Assembly: GCA_009859145.1 (NCBI GenBank)
Contig: VRVR01000032.1
Coordinates: 152,854-216,853 of the forward strand
Origin: Andalucia godoyi And28
Lineage: Eukaryota; Protista; Jakobida
Length of the DNA stretch: 64,000 nt
Reading direction: 5' to 3'
In this document: piece after piece, positions 43,219-53,434 of the stretch
Numbering within the stretch: position 1 is the stretch's first letter
Layout: each line of letters opens with the position of its first letter
Notes under the pieces: model-generated
Told to the model about the DNA's origin: nothing
The model's input: only the letters and a program-made list of their open reading frames with translations
Databases searched by the model: none
Made by a program: the position numbers and the translations under genes

Positions 43219-43905
43219 TCAGAAGAGAGGCTTTTCATGGAACGCGAGACAGCAGGGCTGCTTGAGCAGATTTGGTTTCGGGAATGGTTTGTCTTGCACG
43301 AACTTGTATCCCATTGCTGCGTAGTACTCGCGCAGATCATACCGAAGATCCAGCGCAGCCAATCGCATTCTCAGCGGTAGCGGACGATCTAACCTTTCAA
43401 CTTCTTCGACGGCCTTGCACGTTCGCTGCACACACGACTCGAGCAACGCAATCACTGCCTTTCCGATTCCTACGCGTTGCAAGCCAGGATGAATGCTCAA
43501 AAGCCCAAAGTACACGGTTGGGAACGGCTCCTGGCTCTGCACGAACATCGCCAACACAAGTCCGTTGTACCTTGAAATGTCCTGCACAGACAACCATTCC
43601 GCAGGCATCTCACGCGCCGCACTCCCGTCCGGAAACACCGATGCCACATACAACACGCCATTGGAGAGATCGCGACCATCTCGGATAATCTCTTCCACTT
43701 CCTCTTCAGACGTCCGAGGCCCGATTTTCAAATGTGCCTCACTCAGGTACGCGTCGTTCACAAGCCGCGTGATCTCCCTCACATCTCCCGGTTCCGCTCG
43801 GCGAACATGCAAGCTCGGACTCCCAGCGAGCTTTGCAACTCGCAGAACCGATCCTTCAAACCCAACAGTTCCCAAATGCCGCACATTCCCAGCGCTCACA
43901 ATCAT
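43219..43905 (-). CDS. GNAT-family N-acetyltransferase
   Basis: Motifs RRAEPGD..I..LVNDAY, YFGLLSIHPGLQRVGIG (acetyl-CoA binding) and YYAAMGY. Confidence 0.85.
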   Translation of the reverse strand: MIVSAGNVRHLGTVGFEGSVLRVAKLAGSPSLHVRRAEPGDVREITRLVNDAYLSEAHLKIGPRTSEEEVEEIIRDGRDLSNGVLYVASVFPDGSAAREMPAEWLSVQDISRYNGLVLAMFVQSQEPFPTVYFGLLSIHPGLQRVGIGKAVIALLESCVQRTCKAVEEVERLDRPLPLRMRLAALDLRYDLREYYAAMGYKFVQDKPFPKPNLLKQPCCLAFHEKPLF

Positions 43906-44166
43906 GATCACAGCTTTGGCCCTAGGCGCGACTGCGTTGTGCAAAGCCCAATTTGGCTGCTTCTTTCAGATTCTCCTATCCACCCAACGTTATAAAGAAC
44001 AACAGTTTCCCCGAAGCCCTCCGAACTGAAACCCCCGATGGAATTTCGCTTACATGCCGCTGATTAATAACAGGTCATTGTCATGCATACGGAAGTGTAT
44101 ATAAACAGACACGGTCGTTTTTTGGTTTCACTTTTTTAATTCAAATATGGGCGTGAGTGCGCTGCG

Positions 44167-44569
44167 ATGACGCATTCGCCTATGCCTATGCCTACGCCTA
44201 CGCCTACGCCGCTCGATGCAGGGCCTCCTAGGTCCCGCAGACCTACTAAGAGACCACGTGTCACTGCGCCTACCGCCTCTTCCTCTCGTATCTCCAGTTG
44301 CATCAATCGCTGCAACTGAGGACACGAAAGCGCCTGCTGCTAGGGCCGTCAGAATCAAAATGCACCCTTCTCAGGAACAACGTGCCACGCTGAGAAAGTG
44401 GCTCACCAATTGATCGAGATTGGGAACGGAGCGCGGAGCGCGGAGCATCTATCTGAAGAATGCCGTGAGGCGTGTTGGAGGCCTATCCCCTTCCCGGCGA
44501 CGGGATGCAAGACTGAATATGCATGTCTATTCGTAGATATGCATGTTCAGTGTGTAATGTAGGCGAGTG
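44167..44569 (+). mobile_element. Internally deleted TnpB/Fanzor2-like element, copy A
   Basis: Has a Pro/Arg-rich leader (RRPTKRPR), then RAVRIKMHPSQEQRATLRKW (44342-44401, the OrfB_IS605-type N-terminal motif). This joins directly to IDRDW-NGAR-SIYLKN (44409-44461, RuvC-III), followed by a structured non-coding tail. Confidence 0.85.
44470..44569 (+). ncRNA. Putative omegaRNA scaffold of copy A
   Basis: CCCG-GCGA-CGGG hairpin, a 17-bp hairpin with a UUCG loop (44513-44550), and GCCTAT/GTAGGC long-range pairing. The same architecture is present at 53521-53642. Confidence 0.65.
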
Positions 44570-44847
44570 TCTTTTGATGTGTGTATAATGAAAACCGAAA
44601 AATAATAATAACGGCAACAGTATAAAAAAATCCGGTTTTCGCTGACTGTAGATCGGCGATTCTAAGGGATTGAGTGTTTTCGAAACGGTACAAATAGAAG
44701 CACATCCAAGTTTTGTGTGTGTGAGCGAATGAGTGTGTGAGAGAGTGTGTGAGAGAGAGAGAGTGTGTGTGTGTGAGAGAGAGAGTGTGTGTGAGCGAGT
44801 GTGGAAACGTTGAGACGGTATTTTGGGGGGCCGAGTGTGTGGGAGCG

Positions 44848-45858
44848 ATGCCACAGCTATTGTATAAAGGAATTGTAAAGTATCCTTTCCAAGGCTCCAA
44901 AGAACAGCATCAGCTGAGTGTTCGGCAGGGCGACGCGGTGGATGTTCTGCGCGTTCACAAGGTGGAAGATGGAGAATGGTTCTTGTGTTTACTCTCGCGG
45001 ACGGGACAAGAAGGGATCATTCCAGCGGGATATGTAGACATCAAGCAGGATATCAGCAAGCTGAAGATTATGACTCCTGGGAATAACACGGAGATGATTG
45101 GAGATCGAGAGAAGCAGCGGCGGATGCAGGAGGCCATGGCACTTGGGTTTTCACTAGATGAGCTCAATGAGATGAACGACCGTGGTCGTGGTGGCGATGA
45201 TGGTGATGGCGATGGCGATGATGACGACTTGGAAGATGATTTTGAAGATGCCGAGACTGCATCGACTACTGCGAACGATGATGATGCGTCCGATCTTGCA
45301 GATTCGCGATTGCTGGATCTCGAGCGGCGGCTGGAGGATGCTGAGAAGAACCGCTGGGAGGCGCTGGAAAATGAAAAAAAGGCGCGACAGCAGGTGTCGC
45401 TGCTTCAGAAGTCGCTGGAGGCGGCATCGAGAGACAAGGCAAAGGTGGCGGAGTGGAAGCGTGAGGTGCAAGAACTCTCAGACATGTATGCTGAATGGGA
45501 GGCAACGGCGAGCCGAGCACTGGCTGACAGCGACATGGCTGCTGTCTTTGAGAGTTATAAGACCTCCACTGAAAGCAGGATGAAAAATCTGGAACGGTCA
45601 GAGCTTGTGCTCAAGGAAAAGGAGTCCGAGTTGGAGGTTGTGCGAGAGCAGCTATTTTCATTGCAAGCTAAACAGGAGGCCATTGCAGCAACCGCTGCAA
45701 GAGCCGCGACCACCGCCGCCGCCGCTGCTGCTGCAGGCTCTGCCACTCAAAAATCAAGAATTCCGAGCGCTTCTGCGAGGGACGCTGCGAAAAAACCGTC
45801 GACAGCATTGCAGAAATCCAAACCTTCTGCTTCATCTTCATCGTCGTCGTCGTCGTCG

Positions 45859-45889
<31 letters not shown>

Positions 45890-47565
45890 CCACATCCATG
45901 CCTTCTACTACTGCTGCTAACTCTGCTCAAGTGAATTCTGCACAGCTGCAAAAGGCGCTGGGGGACGTGGAGAAAATGGAGAAAGACAAACAGGGATTGA
46001 TCGCGCAAAAGCAGGTGCTCGAAAAAGAGCTTCAAACCGTCAAAGCGGACAAGGCGGCTTTAGAGAAAGAGCGCGATGGACTTGCAAGGGAGAATCAGAA
46101 CCTAAAGGATCGCATGACCAAATCGTCTTCAGAACTGGAGCACGAGCGCGAGAGGGAGCGTGAACGCTTGGAAAAGTTGTCCAAGGATTCACAACTGAAA
46201 GGTTCCGAACTGGATACTCTCAAAGCAGCTCTTGCAGCAGAGCGCGCGCAGGTAGCGTCTCTTGCCGAGCAGGCTTCACGACTTGCAAAGAAGAACACTG
46301 CTCAGGCGAATAGCATGCAGCAACTTGCAGCTCTGAAAAAGAAGACAAGCGCCATGCGGATAATGCTGAAGGAGTCGGTTCCAAAGTTGCTTGCTGCGTA
46401 TGCCTCGTACATTCGAAATGAGTTTCCAAAGTTTATTGCTTCTCAGCTTGGCGACTCCAGAAAGGAGATGGTGGAGCTTCAAGCGCGGTACAAGAAGGAG
46501 CTGCACGAACGGAGAAGACTGTTCAATCTCGTGCAGGAGCTGCGAGGCAACATTCGTGTATTTTGTCGCATTCGACCATCGTCCGTCGCTTCTCCGGCCC
46601 TTACAATGTCTGACGAGTATTCTGTCCGCGTGCTGAGTGCTACGGTCCCCAAACTGGGAACACCGCAGGCCTTTGAGTTTGACCAGTGCTTTGGTCCGCA
46701 GGCGCGGCAGGAAGAAATCTTTGGGCAGATTCAAGATTTGGCGACTTCGTGCGTGGACGGATTCAACGTGTGCATTTTTGCGTATGGCCAAACGGGTTCT
46801 GGAAAGACACACACCATGGAAGGTACTCCGGAGAATCGCGGTATCAATTGGAGGACGCTGAAGGAACTGTTCCGTATCCGGTCGGAGAAGATTGAGCAGG
46901 GAGACACAATGGATATTCAGGTTGCGGTCATGGAAATCTACAATGACGCAGTCTACGACTTGCTTGCTGTGCAGTCGACACGAGAGAAAGTCAAAATTGA
47001 CAATATCCGGGTTGCTGGAAAACAGGGAGTGGAGGTTGTTGGACTTACCCGAGTCGCGTGTGCAACGGTGGACCAGGTTGTGAAGGTGCTGACCATGGGA
47101 TATTCGAATCGTGCGATTGGGGCGACCAACATGAACGAGCATTCATCGCGCTCTCACTGCATCCTGTCTGTGTATGTGGACGTCCGCAATACACAGACAA
47201 AGAACATCACTCAAGGCAAGCTGCACTTGGTCGATCTTGCTGGCTCTGAGCGAGTCAAGAAATCCGAAGTCACCGGCCAACGAATGGTGGAAGCACAACA
47301 AATCAATTTGTCGCTCTCTGCTCTCGGTGATGTTATTTCCGCACTCGTATCAAAGGCCTCTTTTGTGCCATATCGCAACTCCAAACTCACCACTGTCCTT
47401 CAGGATTCGCTTGGAGGAGACGCGAAGACGCTGATGATTGTGACTGCCAGTCCTGATGAAGACAACGTGCTGGAGAGTTTCAATTCGCTCCAGTTTGCAA
47501 CTCGCGTCCGAAATGTGCAGAATGAAGCAAAGAAGCATGTTGCAGCAGCCGATTCCAACGTTTGA
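44848..47565 (+). CDS. Kinesin-14 (C-terminal motor) with an N-terminal SH3 domain
   Basis: SH3-like N-terminus (YPF...LSVRQGD...W....G+IPAGYV), coiled-coil, the ERRRLFNLVQELRGNIRVFCRIRP neck, GQTGSGKT, SSRSH and LVDLAGSER. Confidence 0.92.
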
Positions 47566-47702
47566 AAAATCTTCCGTTTTTTCGTTGCGCATTATAAATC
47601 GTAGAAAAAGACATGATAGGACAATGGAAACCCTCGATTTCTTCATACTTTAACGTTTTTCTTCCTTTTGTCATTTATCATTTGTTTTCTTTCTTCTTCT
47701 TT

Positions 47703-48929
47703 TTAAGCAGAAAGCCGTCCAACGATCAGCGCAACCAACACGGCAATCAACAACATGGTCCAGTTCTGCATGAACGACTGGTCCGCAACCACCACCGTCT
47801 TGGTCGCAGCGGCTCCAGAAGCCCCAGGTGCGTTCGACGTTGCCGTGCCAGAAGACGCAGCGCTTGCATCCTTCTTTGCGGCAACGAGTGCCTGTTGCAG
47901 CGCCACGAACTCCTCTCTCATTCTCTGCAACTCCCGCGTTTGCATCTCTCCCTGTCTCTTCAGCTCAACATTCTTTTCCGAGATTCGCGATTCTCGATCC
48001 CGGATCCTGGAAATCTCTTCCTTGAGCGACACAACTTCGACACGCAGTGCACTGGCCTCGTCCAACCCAGCGCCTTTATCATCGTAGGTGGAAATTCCGG
48101 GCGACGAGCTTTGGGAAGGATTGTATGTCGGCGTGGAGCTCTGTGCAGCCGTGGACGTGGGCGGGGATGATGCCGATCCTGATGCAGTAGATGATGTTGC
48201 GCTCGACTGCGCTGGACTCGTAGAAAGCGCCGCGAAAGACGGTCCAGAAGACCCGGGAGAATTCGGCACGCTTGTGCTGGCACTGCCGGTGGCGCCACTG
48301 TCATCCTTCTGGCCACTGTCCTTGGCTCCGCCGCCATTGGTCGGCGTCCCCGTGTTTGCAGCGACGGACAGCACTGCATACACCTGCTCCTGCGACATGA
48401 GCTCTGGAGCAACGACTGCGATCTGCGATTTTGCATCATCCCAAACTCGCACTCGCAGCATCTCAGGCGGTGCATTTTCAAACAAGCACTTCACCTTTTG
48501 TCTCGTTACTCGCGCCTCGTCGTACTTTCCCTTTTCCCATACATCGTCATCTGCGCCGGGTTTCGAAGACACGAATTCATCTTCCAAAACGCGGAATTCC
48601 AGCATGAACTTATCGCGCATAGCCTGGTTCTGAAGATCTGAGAGAATCGCACCGGTCGCATCTCGGATAGTCAGCGTAATCGACACATGCACCGTCTGTC
48701 CCGGAAGCAGGATTCCAGCACGTGGCTTCACCACATAGCGCCCAGGAGCAGTCGTCTTGACCTTGAAGGCTAGCGGCGTCTCGTGAGGCTGGCACGTCAC
48801 ATTCTGCAACGACACAATGTTCGTTATCGGTCGTTGGAGCGGAGTCGGGAAGAACAGCGCGCTCGGAGTAACCACAAGATCAGTTGTAGTGCTCGACGAT
48901 CCAGGAGAACTCGGAGACAGCGTGGACAT
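47703..48929 (-). CDS. VAP/VAMP-associated protein (MSP domain, coiled-coil, C-terminal TM anchor)
   Basis: MSP signature AFKVKTTAPGRYVVKP and DKF, followed by a tail-anchor helix. Confidence 0.9.
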   Translation of the reverse strand: MSTLSPSSPGSSSTTTDLVVTPSALFFPTPLQRPITNIVSLQNVTCQPHETPLAFKVKTTAPGRYVVKPRAGILLPGQTVHVSITLTIRDATGAILSDLQNQAMRDKFMLEFRVLEDEFVSSKPGADDDVWEKGKYDEARVTRQKVKCLFENAPPEMLRVRVWDDAKSQIAVVAPELMSQEQVYAVLSVAANTGTPTNGGGAKDSGQKDDSGATGSASTSVPNSPGSSGPSFAALSTSPAQSSATSSTASGSASSPPTSTAAQSSTPTYNPSQSSSPGISTYDDKGAGLDEASALRVEVVSLKEEISRIRDRESRISEKNVELKRQGEMQTRELQRMREEFVALQQALVAAKKDASAASSGTATSNAPGASGAAATKTVVVADQSFMQNWTMLLIAVLVALIVGRLSA

Positions 48930-49243
48930 TTTCACAAAACAAAACAAACCCAAATAATGAACTTTTCTGGGAACAGAACGGAAACCACAAAGGACAAAAA
49001 CCTTCACAGACTAGCAAAACAAAACAAAACAAAACAAAACAAAACACAACAAAACCAAGAAATGACGTATATATATCAGAGTTGGGACTATTTGAAAACA
49101 TCTTCGACAAACGACCCGATATTCGGGGAGTTGTTTTTTTACAGCAGATGAAACAAGCAGTAAAGGTTTGGGCCAATGGAGAAGCTGGAGGACGACAACG
49201 GCGATGGGCCACTGGTACGCTTCTTTGTGCTTTCCATATTTAT

Positions 49244-52200
49244 TTAGAAAGCAAACGGAGCGGCGCCGGCTGCGGACGACGACGATGGATTCACTGCGAT
49301 TCGAAAACGGACATAGTCGCGTGGCTGGGGCTTCGTTTCGACTCGCGTGGCTGGTTGTCGAGGCGGCGACTTGGCACTCGCGGTTTGGCAGAATCCAGCT
49401 GACTGCGCCTCTGGAGAAATCTGTCTCTCTGCTTCAAGAGCTGGTTCTTTCCTTGAAGTTGATCCTTTCCCTGAGGAAGCATTTTTCCCAACAGGACAAG
49501 CCGGGCTGCACTGTGTCTGCGACTGCGAGTCAGAGTCCAGGGTGACCGCAGCGAGCAACCGCGAACTTATGATGGTTCGCAACGCAGAATCCTCCCGAGC
49601 ATAGTCCATCAGCGACTTTCCGGAACGCGTCAGCTTGTGTTCGAAATTCCAGCCGGCTTGCCAGACACGCTCAAACAAGTACTCGCGACGAGAAGAGTTC
49701 ATGCGGGATGCGGCCCCAAGATAGTCAATCGGGGTCTGGCCATTTGCATCGACCGAGTCCAGCATCAGACCGTGCTTCACAAGTTCCAAAACAACGTCAA
49801 ACGTTCGCTTCGAAGGAGATGGAGCATCGACATACGACAATGGTGAAATCTCAGTAGAGAATGCCCAATGCAGAGCATTTCGGCCACTGTGATCGGTTGC
49901 ATGGATGCTTGCGCCGTCCGCGAGTGCAGCATTCACCGCGAACGCAGAAAAACTATCGGATCTTGCACTGTTCAGCCACGACGCAATCATCAAGGGTGTT
50001 GTGCCTCGAAGATTCACAAACACAGAAGAATCACCAATCGCTTCATTCCACGATGCTCCGGGAACACCATGAAAAATAGAGTCGAACAGGTGTCCGTTAG
50101 AATCCTCAAGCGGCCGCAGAAGAAGACGAGACACGAATGGAACACCGTCTGAAGCGACACTGGCAGAAAACCAGGATGCGAATGAAGAAGGGAATCGCTT
50201 TTCAAGCACCGGCAGCGCATCGCGGATGTGATACCACTTGTCCGCGTTGCCGAGCCACTCCCCAAACTGTGGTGCATGTGCCTCCAGGGACGCATCAAAC
50301 TCCTCTGGCCATGCGGCTGGATACGTCCCAGCGCACATACAAGCAAGGAGAACCTCGTCGGAACAAACCGCATCCTTTGAGGTGGAAAAGGCACGAAGAA
50401 GCATGTCGGACGACAGAACAAGTCGTGGGATCTCGTGCTTTCCTGACAAGAACGCAAAAGCAAGGCAGTTCTGCAGATATGCATAGTCACAGAGTCCATA
50501 GATCGAGCCACTGAGTAAAAGGGAAGCAACCGCGGTGTTGAACCCAACACGCGCTGCTGCAATAGCCGGGATATCCCCGGAAGAATCCGCCTGCTGAAGA
50601 AGCACCAAAGCGCCGTTCGCACACTGTCTGTTGGCGTGCTCAAGCAGCAAGCCAACAATACTGTGGACACTGCTCACTTGATCCGTGGGCACTCTGTCCC
50701 ACAACACGCAGTGCAGGCAATTCTGATTCTTGGAATTGACAGCAAACACATCGGCGCCATTCTCCAACAGCACCTTGACAACCCCGTAGTACGATTCTGC
50801 ATCATCTGCAGGATCTCCGTCCATTTTCGAATACCTACTAACAGTCGATCCACGGGCGCATGCAACCAACAACGGGGGCGATGGAGGGGGTCCATAGCGC
50901 ATTCGCATTCTGTGATTCCGATTCTCCGATTTGCTCGTCTTTGCCAGTACTGGAGCCACAAGATTGCGTTTTCCCCGTTTCATCACCAGATTCTCCACTG
51001 TCGCCAAACTTCCTTTTGCGCATGCAAGATCGAACATCGACATGTACTCATCTGCGTCCATGGGAGGCTTCATCGGAATGCTGCGGCTCAGTGGAATCTT
51101 TTCAAGCATCTCTGCAGTGGCACGCTCGTGCCCTTCTTCAATCGAGCACCACAGAGGGTGCAATCCTGCATCATCAGCCAAGAGAGGGTCCGCGCCATGT
51201 GCCAACAGCAGCTGAACACACTCGAGGACGTTCTCTTCGATCGTGTCCCATTCCTTGTCACCTCCGCAGTGAACTGCGGCAAGCAAGGCTGTCGCTCCTG
51301 AGTACAAGTACTCTGAGCTTTCTCCGGAGCATTCATGCAACGCAATATGAACGTCAGCGCCAAATTCAAGAAGCACACGGACAACATCGGCACGCGCGGA
51401 AAACGCAGCAAGGACCAGCGGAGTCTCTCCGTATCCAGTCTCGCTGTTCACTGCTGCTTTGCCCTTTTCAATCAACAGTCGCGCAATCTTTCCGTTTGGC
51501 GCATTGTGAAGCGGATCATAAAACCCGCAGACGTCCTCTTCGTCCTCTTCGTCCTCTTCTTCCTCTTCGTCCTCTTCGTCCTCTTCGTCCTCTTCGTCCT
51601 CTTCGTCCTCTGCTTCTTCCTCTGCTTCTTCGTTGTCGCCCTCACCTTCGCCCCCATCACCCTCTTCTTCATTGTGCGGACCTGCCCCAACCTTGGCCTT
51701 CTTCCGTGGTCTTCGGCACTTGCGCGGTACAAATGCAGTGGCGCCCATGTCCAGCAGATAATCGATCCGATCATATTCGTCCTGCGCAATCTCACTGGTG
51801 GTGCGAGTATCAAATAAGTCTTCTTCACTTGCCTTAATGGCTCGAACGTCCACAAATCGAGGCACGGGAATGCTCATTTCTTCGATAATGTAGCGCGAGG
51901 TTGTCTTATCTTTCGCATAATCTACCAGCTGGTCGAGAGGGACCACGAACTCATCACCCCATCGATTGACTCTTCCTCCGTTTTCTTTTGCAGCCCGCTT
52001 CGCGATGGACTCCAATGACCGCCAGTACTCGACCGTGAGTCCACTGTTCTGCAGCATCCTGAGCATGTCCACACGACCCCACTTCGCCGCATAGTGCAGC
52101 ATCGAATGGCCAAGTCGCGCACGCTGCTTGACATCCGCGCCGCCAACATCCACCAGCTTCCTAAACATGACAGGGTCGTTTCGCTGCACAGCCCAAATCA

Positions 52201-52720
52201 ACGGCGACCACATGTCGCTGAACAGCCGAAGTCCGTCGGGATCGCTGTCAATGGCGATCTTCTCGCCACGCTTTACCGTATGAAGCAGTCCGCCCCCAGC
52301 TCCAGGCACGCAACGAGCGCCAGCATTCAGCAAAACATCAATCGCGCTATGGCTGCCACGAGAACACGCTGTCCAAAGAGGCGTTCGCGCATCGCCTGTG
52401 GAGCTTCCGCTGCCTGAACTTGTGTACACAAAGCTCTGGTTCTGCTCATTCAGATCCGCGCCCTTTTGCAACATTTTCAAAACGAGATCGCCGCGATCCG
52501 CAGCTGACACCATGCACAGCGTCGTCACGCCACGAGCAGTTGTTCCGAACTCCACGGCTGGTGAATCCCCCGGAATTGCATCCAACCGACTCTCAAACTC
52601 GCTCCAATCCTCGTTCAGTGCAAGCTTTGCCCACTCGGACTCCACAGTCACTTTCTTTTCTTTGTCCTCAGAACCATGCTTCTCTCCAGCCGCGCTCTTC
52701 CGAGATGCACCGCCCTTCAT
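49244..52720 (-). CDS. Ankyrin-repeat protein with an acidic tract
   Basis: Multiple ankyrin repeats (TPLWTAC, SPLIWAV, GETPLVLAA, TALLAA, TTPLMIAS, GRNALHWA) and a (DEE)n tract. Confidence 0.85.
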   Translation of the reverse strand: MKGGASRKSAAGEKHGSEDKEKKVTVESEWAKLALNEDWSEFESRLDAIPGDSPAVEFGTTARGVTTLCMVSAADRGDLVLKMLQKGADLNEQNQSFVYTSSGSGSSTGDARTPLWTACSRGSHSAIDVLLNAGARCVPGAGGGLLHTVKRGEKIAIDSDPDGLRLFSDMWSPLIWAVQRNDPVMFRKLVDVGGADVKQRARLGHSMLHYAAKWGRVDMLRMLQNSGLTVEYWRSLESIAKRAAKENGGRVNRWGDEFVVPLDQLVDYAKDKTTSRYIIEEMSIPVPRFVDVRAIKASEEDLFDTRTTSEIAQDEYDRIDYLLDMGATAFVPRKCRRPRKKAKVGAGPHNEEEGDGGEGEGDNEEAEEEAEDEEDEEDEEDEEDEEEEEDEEDEEDVCGFYDPLHNAPNGKIARLLIEKGKAAVNSETGYGETPLVLAAFSARADVVRVLLEFGADVHIALHECSGESSEYLYSGATALLAAVHCGGDKEWDTIEENVLECVQLLLAHGADPLLADDAGLHPLWCSIEEGHERATAEMLEKIPLSRSIPMKPPMDADEYMSMFDLACAKGSLATVENLVMKRGKRNLVAPVLAKTSKSENRNHRMRMRYGPPPSPPLLVACARGSTVSRYSKMDGDPADDAESYYGVVKVLLENGADVFAVNSKNQNCLHCVLWDRVPTDQVSSVHSIVGLLLEHANRQCANGALVLLQQADSSGDIPAIAAARVGFNTAVASLLLSGSIYGLCDYAYLQNCLAFAFLSGKHEIPRLVLSSDMLLRAFSTSKDAVCSDEVLLACMCAGTYPAAWPEEFDASLEAHAPQFGEWLGNADKWYHIRDALPVLEKRFPSSFASWFSASVASDGVPFVSRLLLRPLEDSNGHLFDSIFHGVPGASWNEAIGDSSVFVNLRGTTPLMIASWLNSARSDSFSAFAVNAALADGASIHATDHSGRNALHWAFSTEISPLSYVDAPSPSKRTFDVVLELVKHGLMLDSVDANGQTPIDYLGAASRMNSSRREYLFERVWQAGWNFEHKLTRSGKSLMDYAREDSALRTIISSRLLAAVTLDSDSQSQTQCSPACPVGKNASSGKGSTSRKEPALEAERQISPEAQSAGFCQTASAKSPPRQPATRVETKPQPRDYVRFRIAVNPSSSSAAGAAPFAF

Positions 52721-53434
52721 CGCGCACTCTTTCTCAATCTGCACTAAAAACCCTGCTGAAAACCCACAGGAAAAAGCAAGTCGGAAAATATCCTAAAGCC
52801 GGAAGTCGGGAATTGCAGAAGCCAAGAATGGACATCAGGCTGTGGGCAAAGCTTTTCCCATGCGGAATTTCCCCGCGCCGAATCCCCGACAAATGCAAGT
52901 CGTCTCTTTTCTGTTTTCTCCTTTTACAAAGAATGAAATAAATACATTTCTCGATGTGTGTGAGCCGCTCGTCAAAACATGAAAATCATTATTGATCATC
53001 GGCTAAGCTGACACCAAAGACAGATTCAGTTTGGGGCGAGCACCAGCTCTTCAATGCAGATTGTTCTGCATCAAAGGGTCATCGCTTCTTCTTGCTCTCC
53101 GCCTCCGACGAGAGGGGAATCAACAGGTTTCCTTGGTTCTCGGTGTCTTCGGGCATGGCCGGGTTTGAGTTTTTTGGGAAAGATCCCTCTCTGGAGCCAT
53201 GAGATGCTTTGTTTTTGATGAAAAGTGCTGATTGAGGGTTCAATTAAAAATATTGAAAAACAGAAGATAATAGAAAGAAAGATAAAGAAGTGAAAGAATG
53301 AAGACATTCTGAAAAAGACATCTTTCTGCTGGTAAAAATACTTCCGGTATGATATGATATTGCTTGATGTTCATGCACAAAACGACCAAGCAAACGAAAT
53401 AACAATCCGGATTTTTGTTCGCTGAGCAACCCAA

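Noticed and set aside
50544-50552. Reverse-complement match (CCAACACGC) to the Fanzor core motif
   Set aside because: It is only a 9-mer inside the ankyrin CDS, with none of the flanking core or structure.
51535-51625. 9-bp tandem repeat CGTCCTCTT
   Set aside because: It is explained by the (EED)n acidic tract of the ankyrin protein. The poly-Ser repeats in kinesin-14 and ABHD17 are likewise coding low-complexity sequence.
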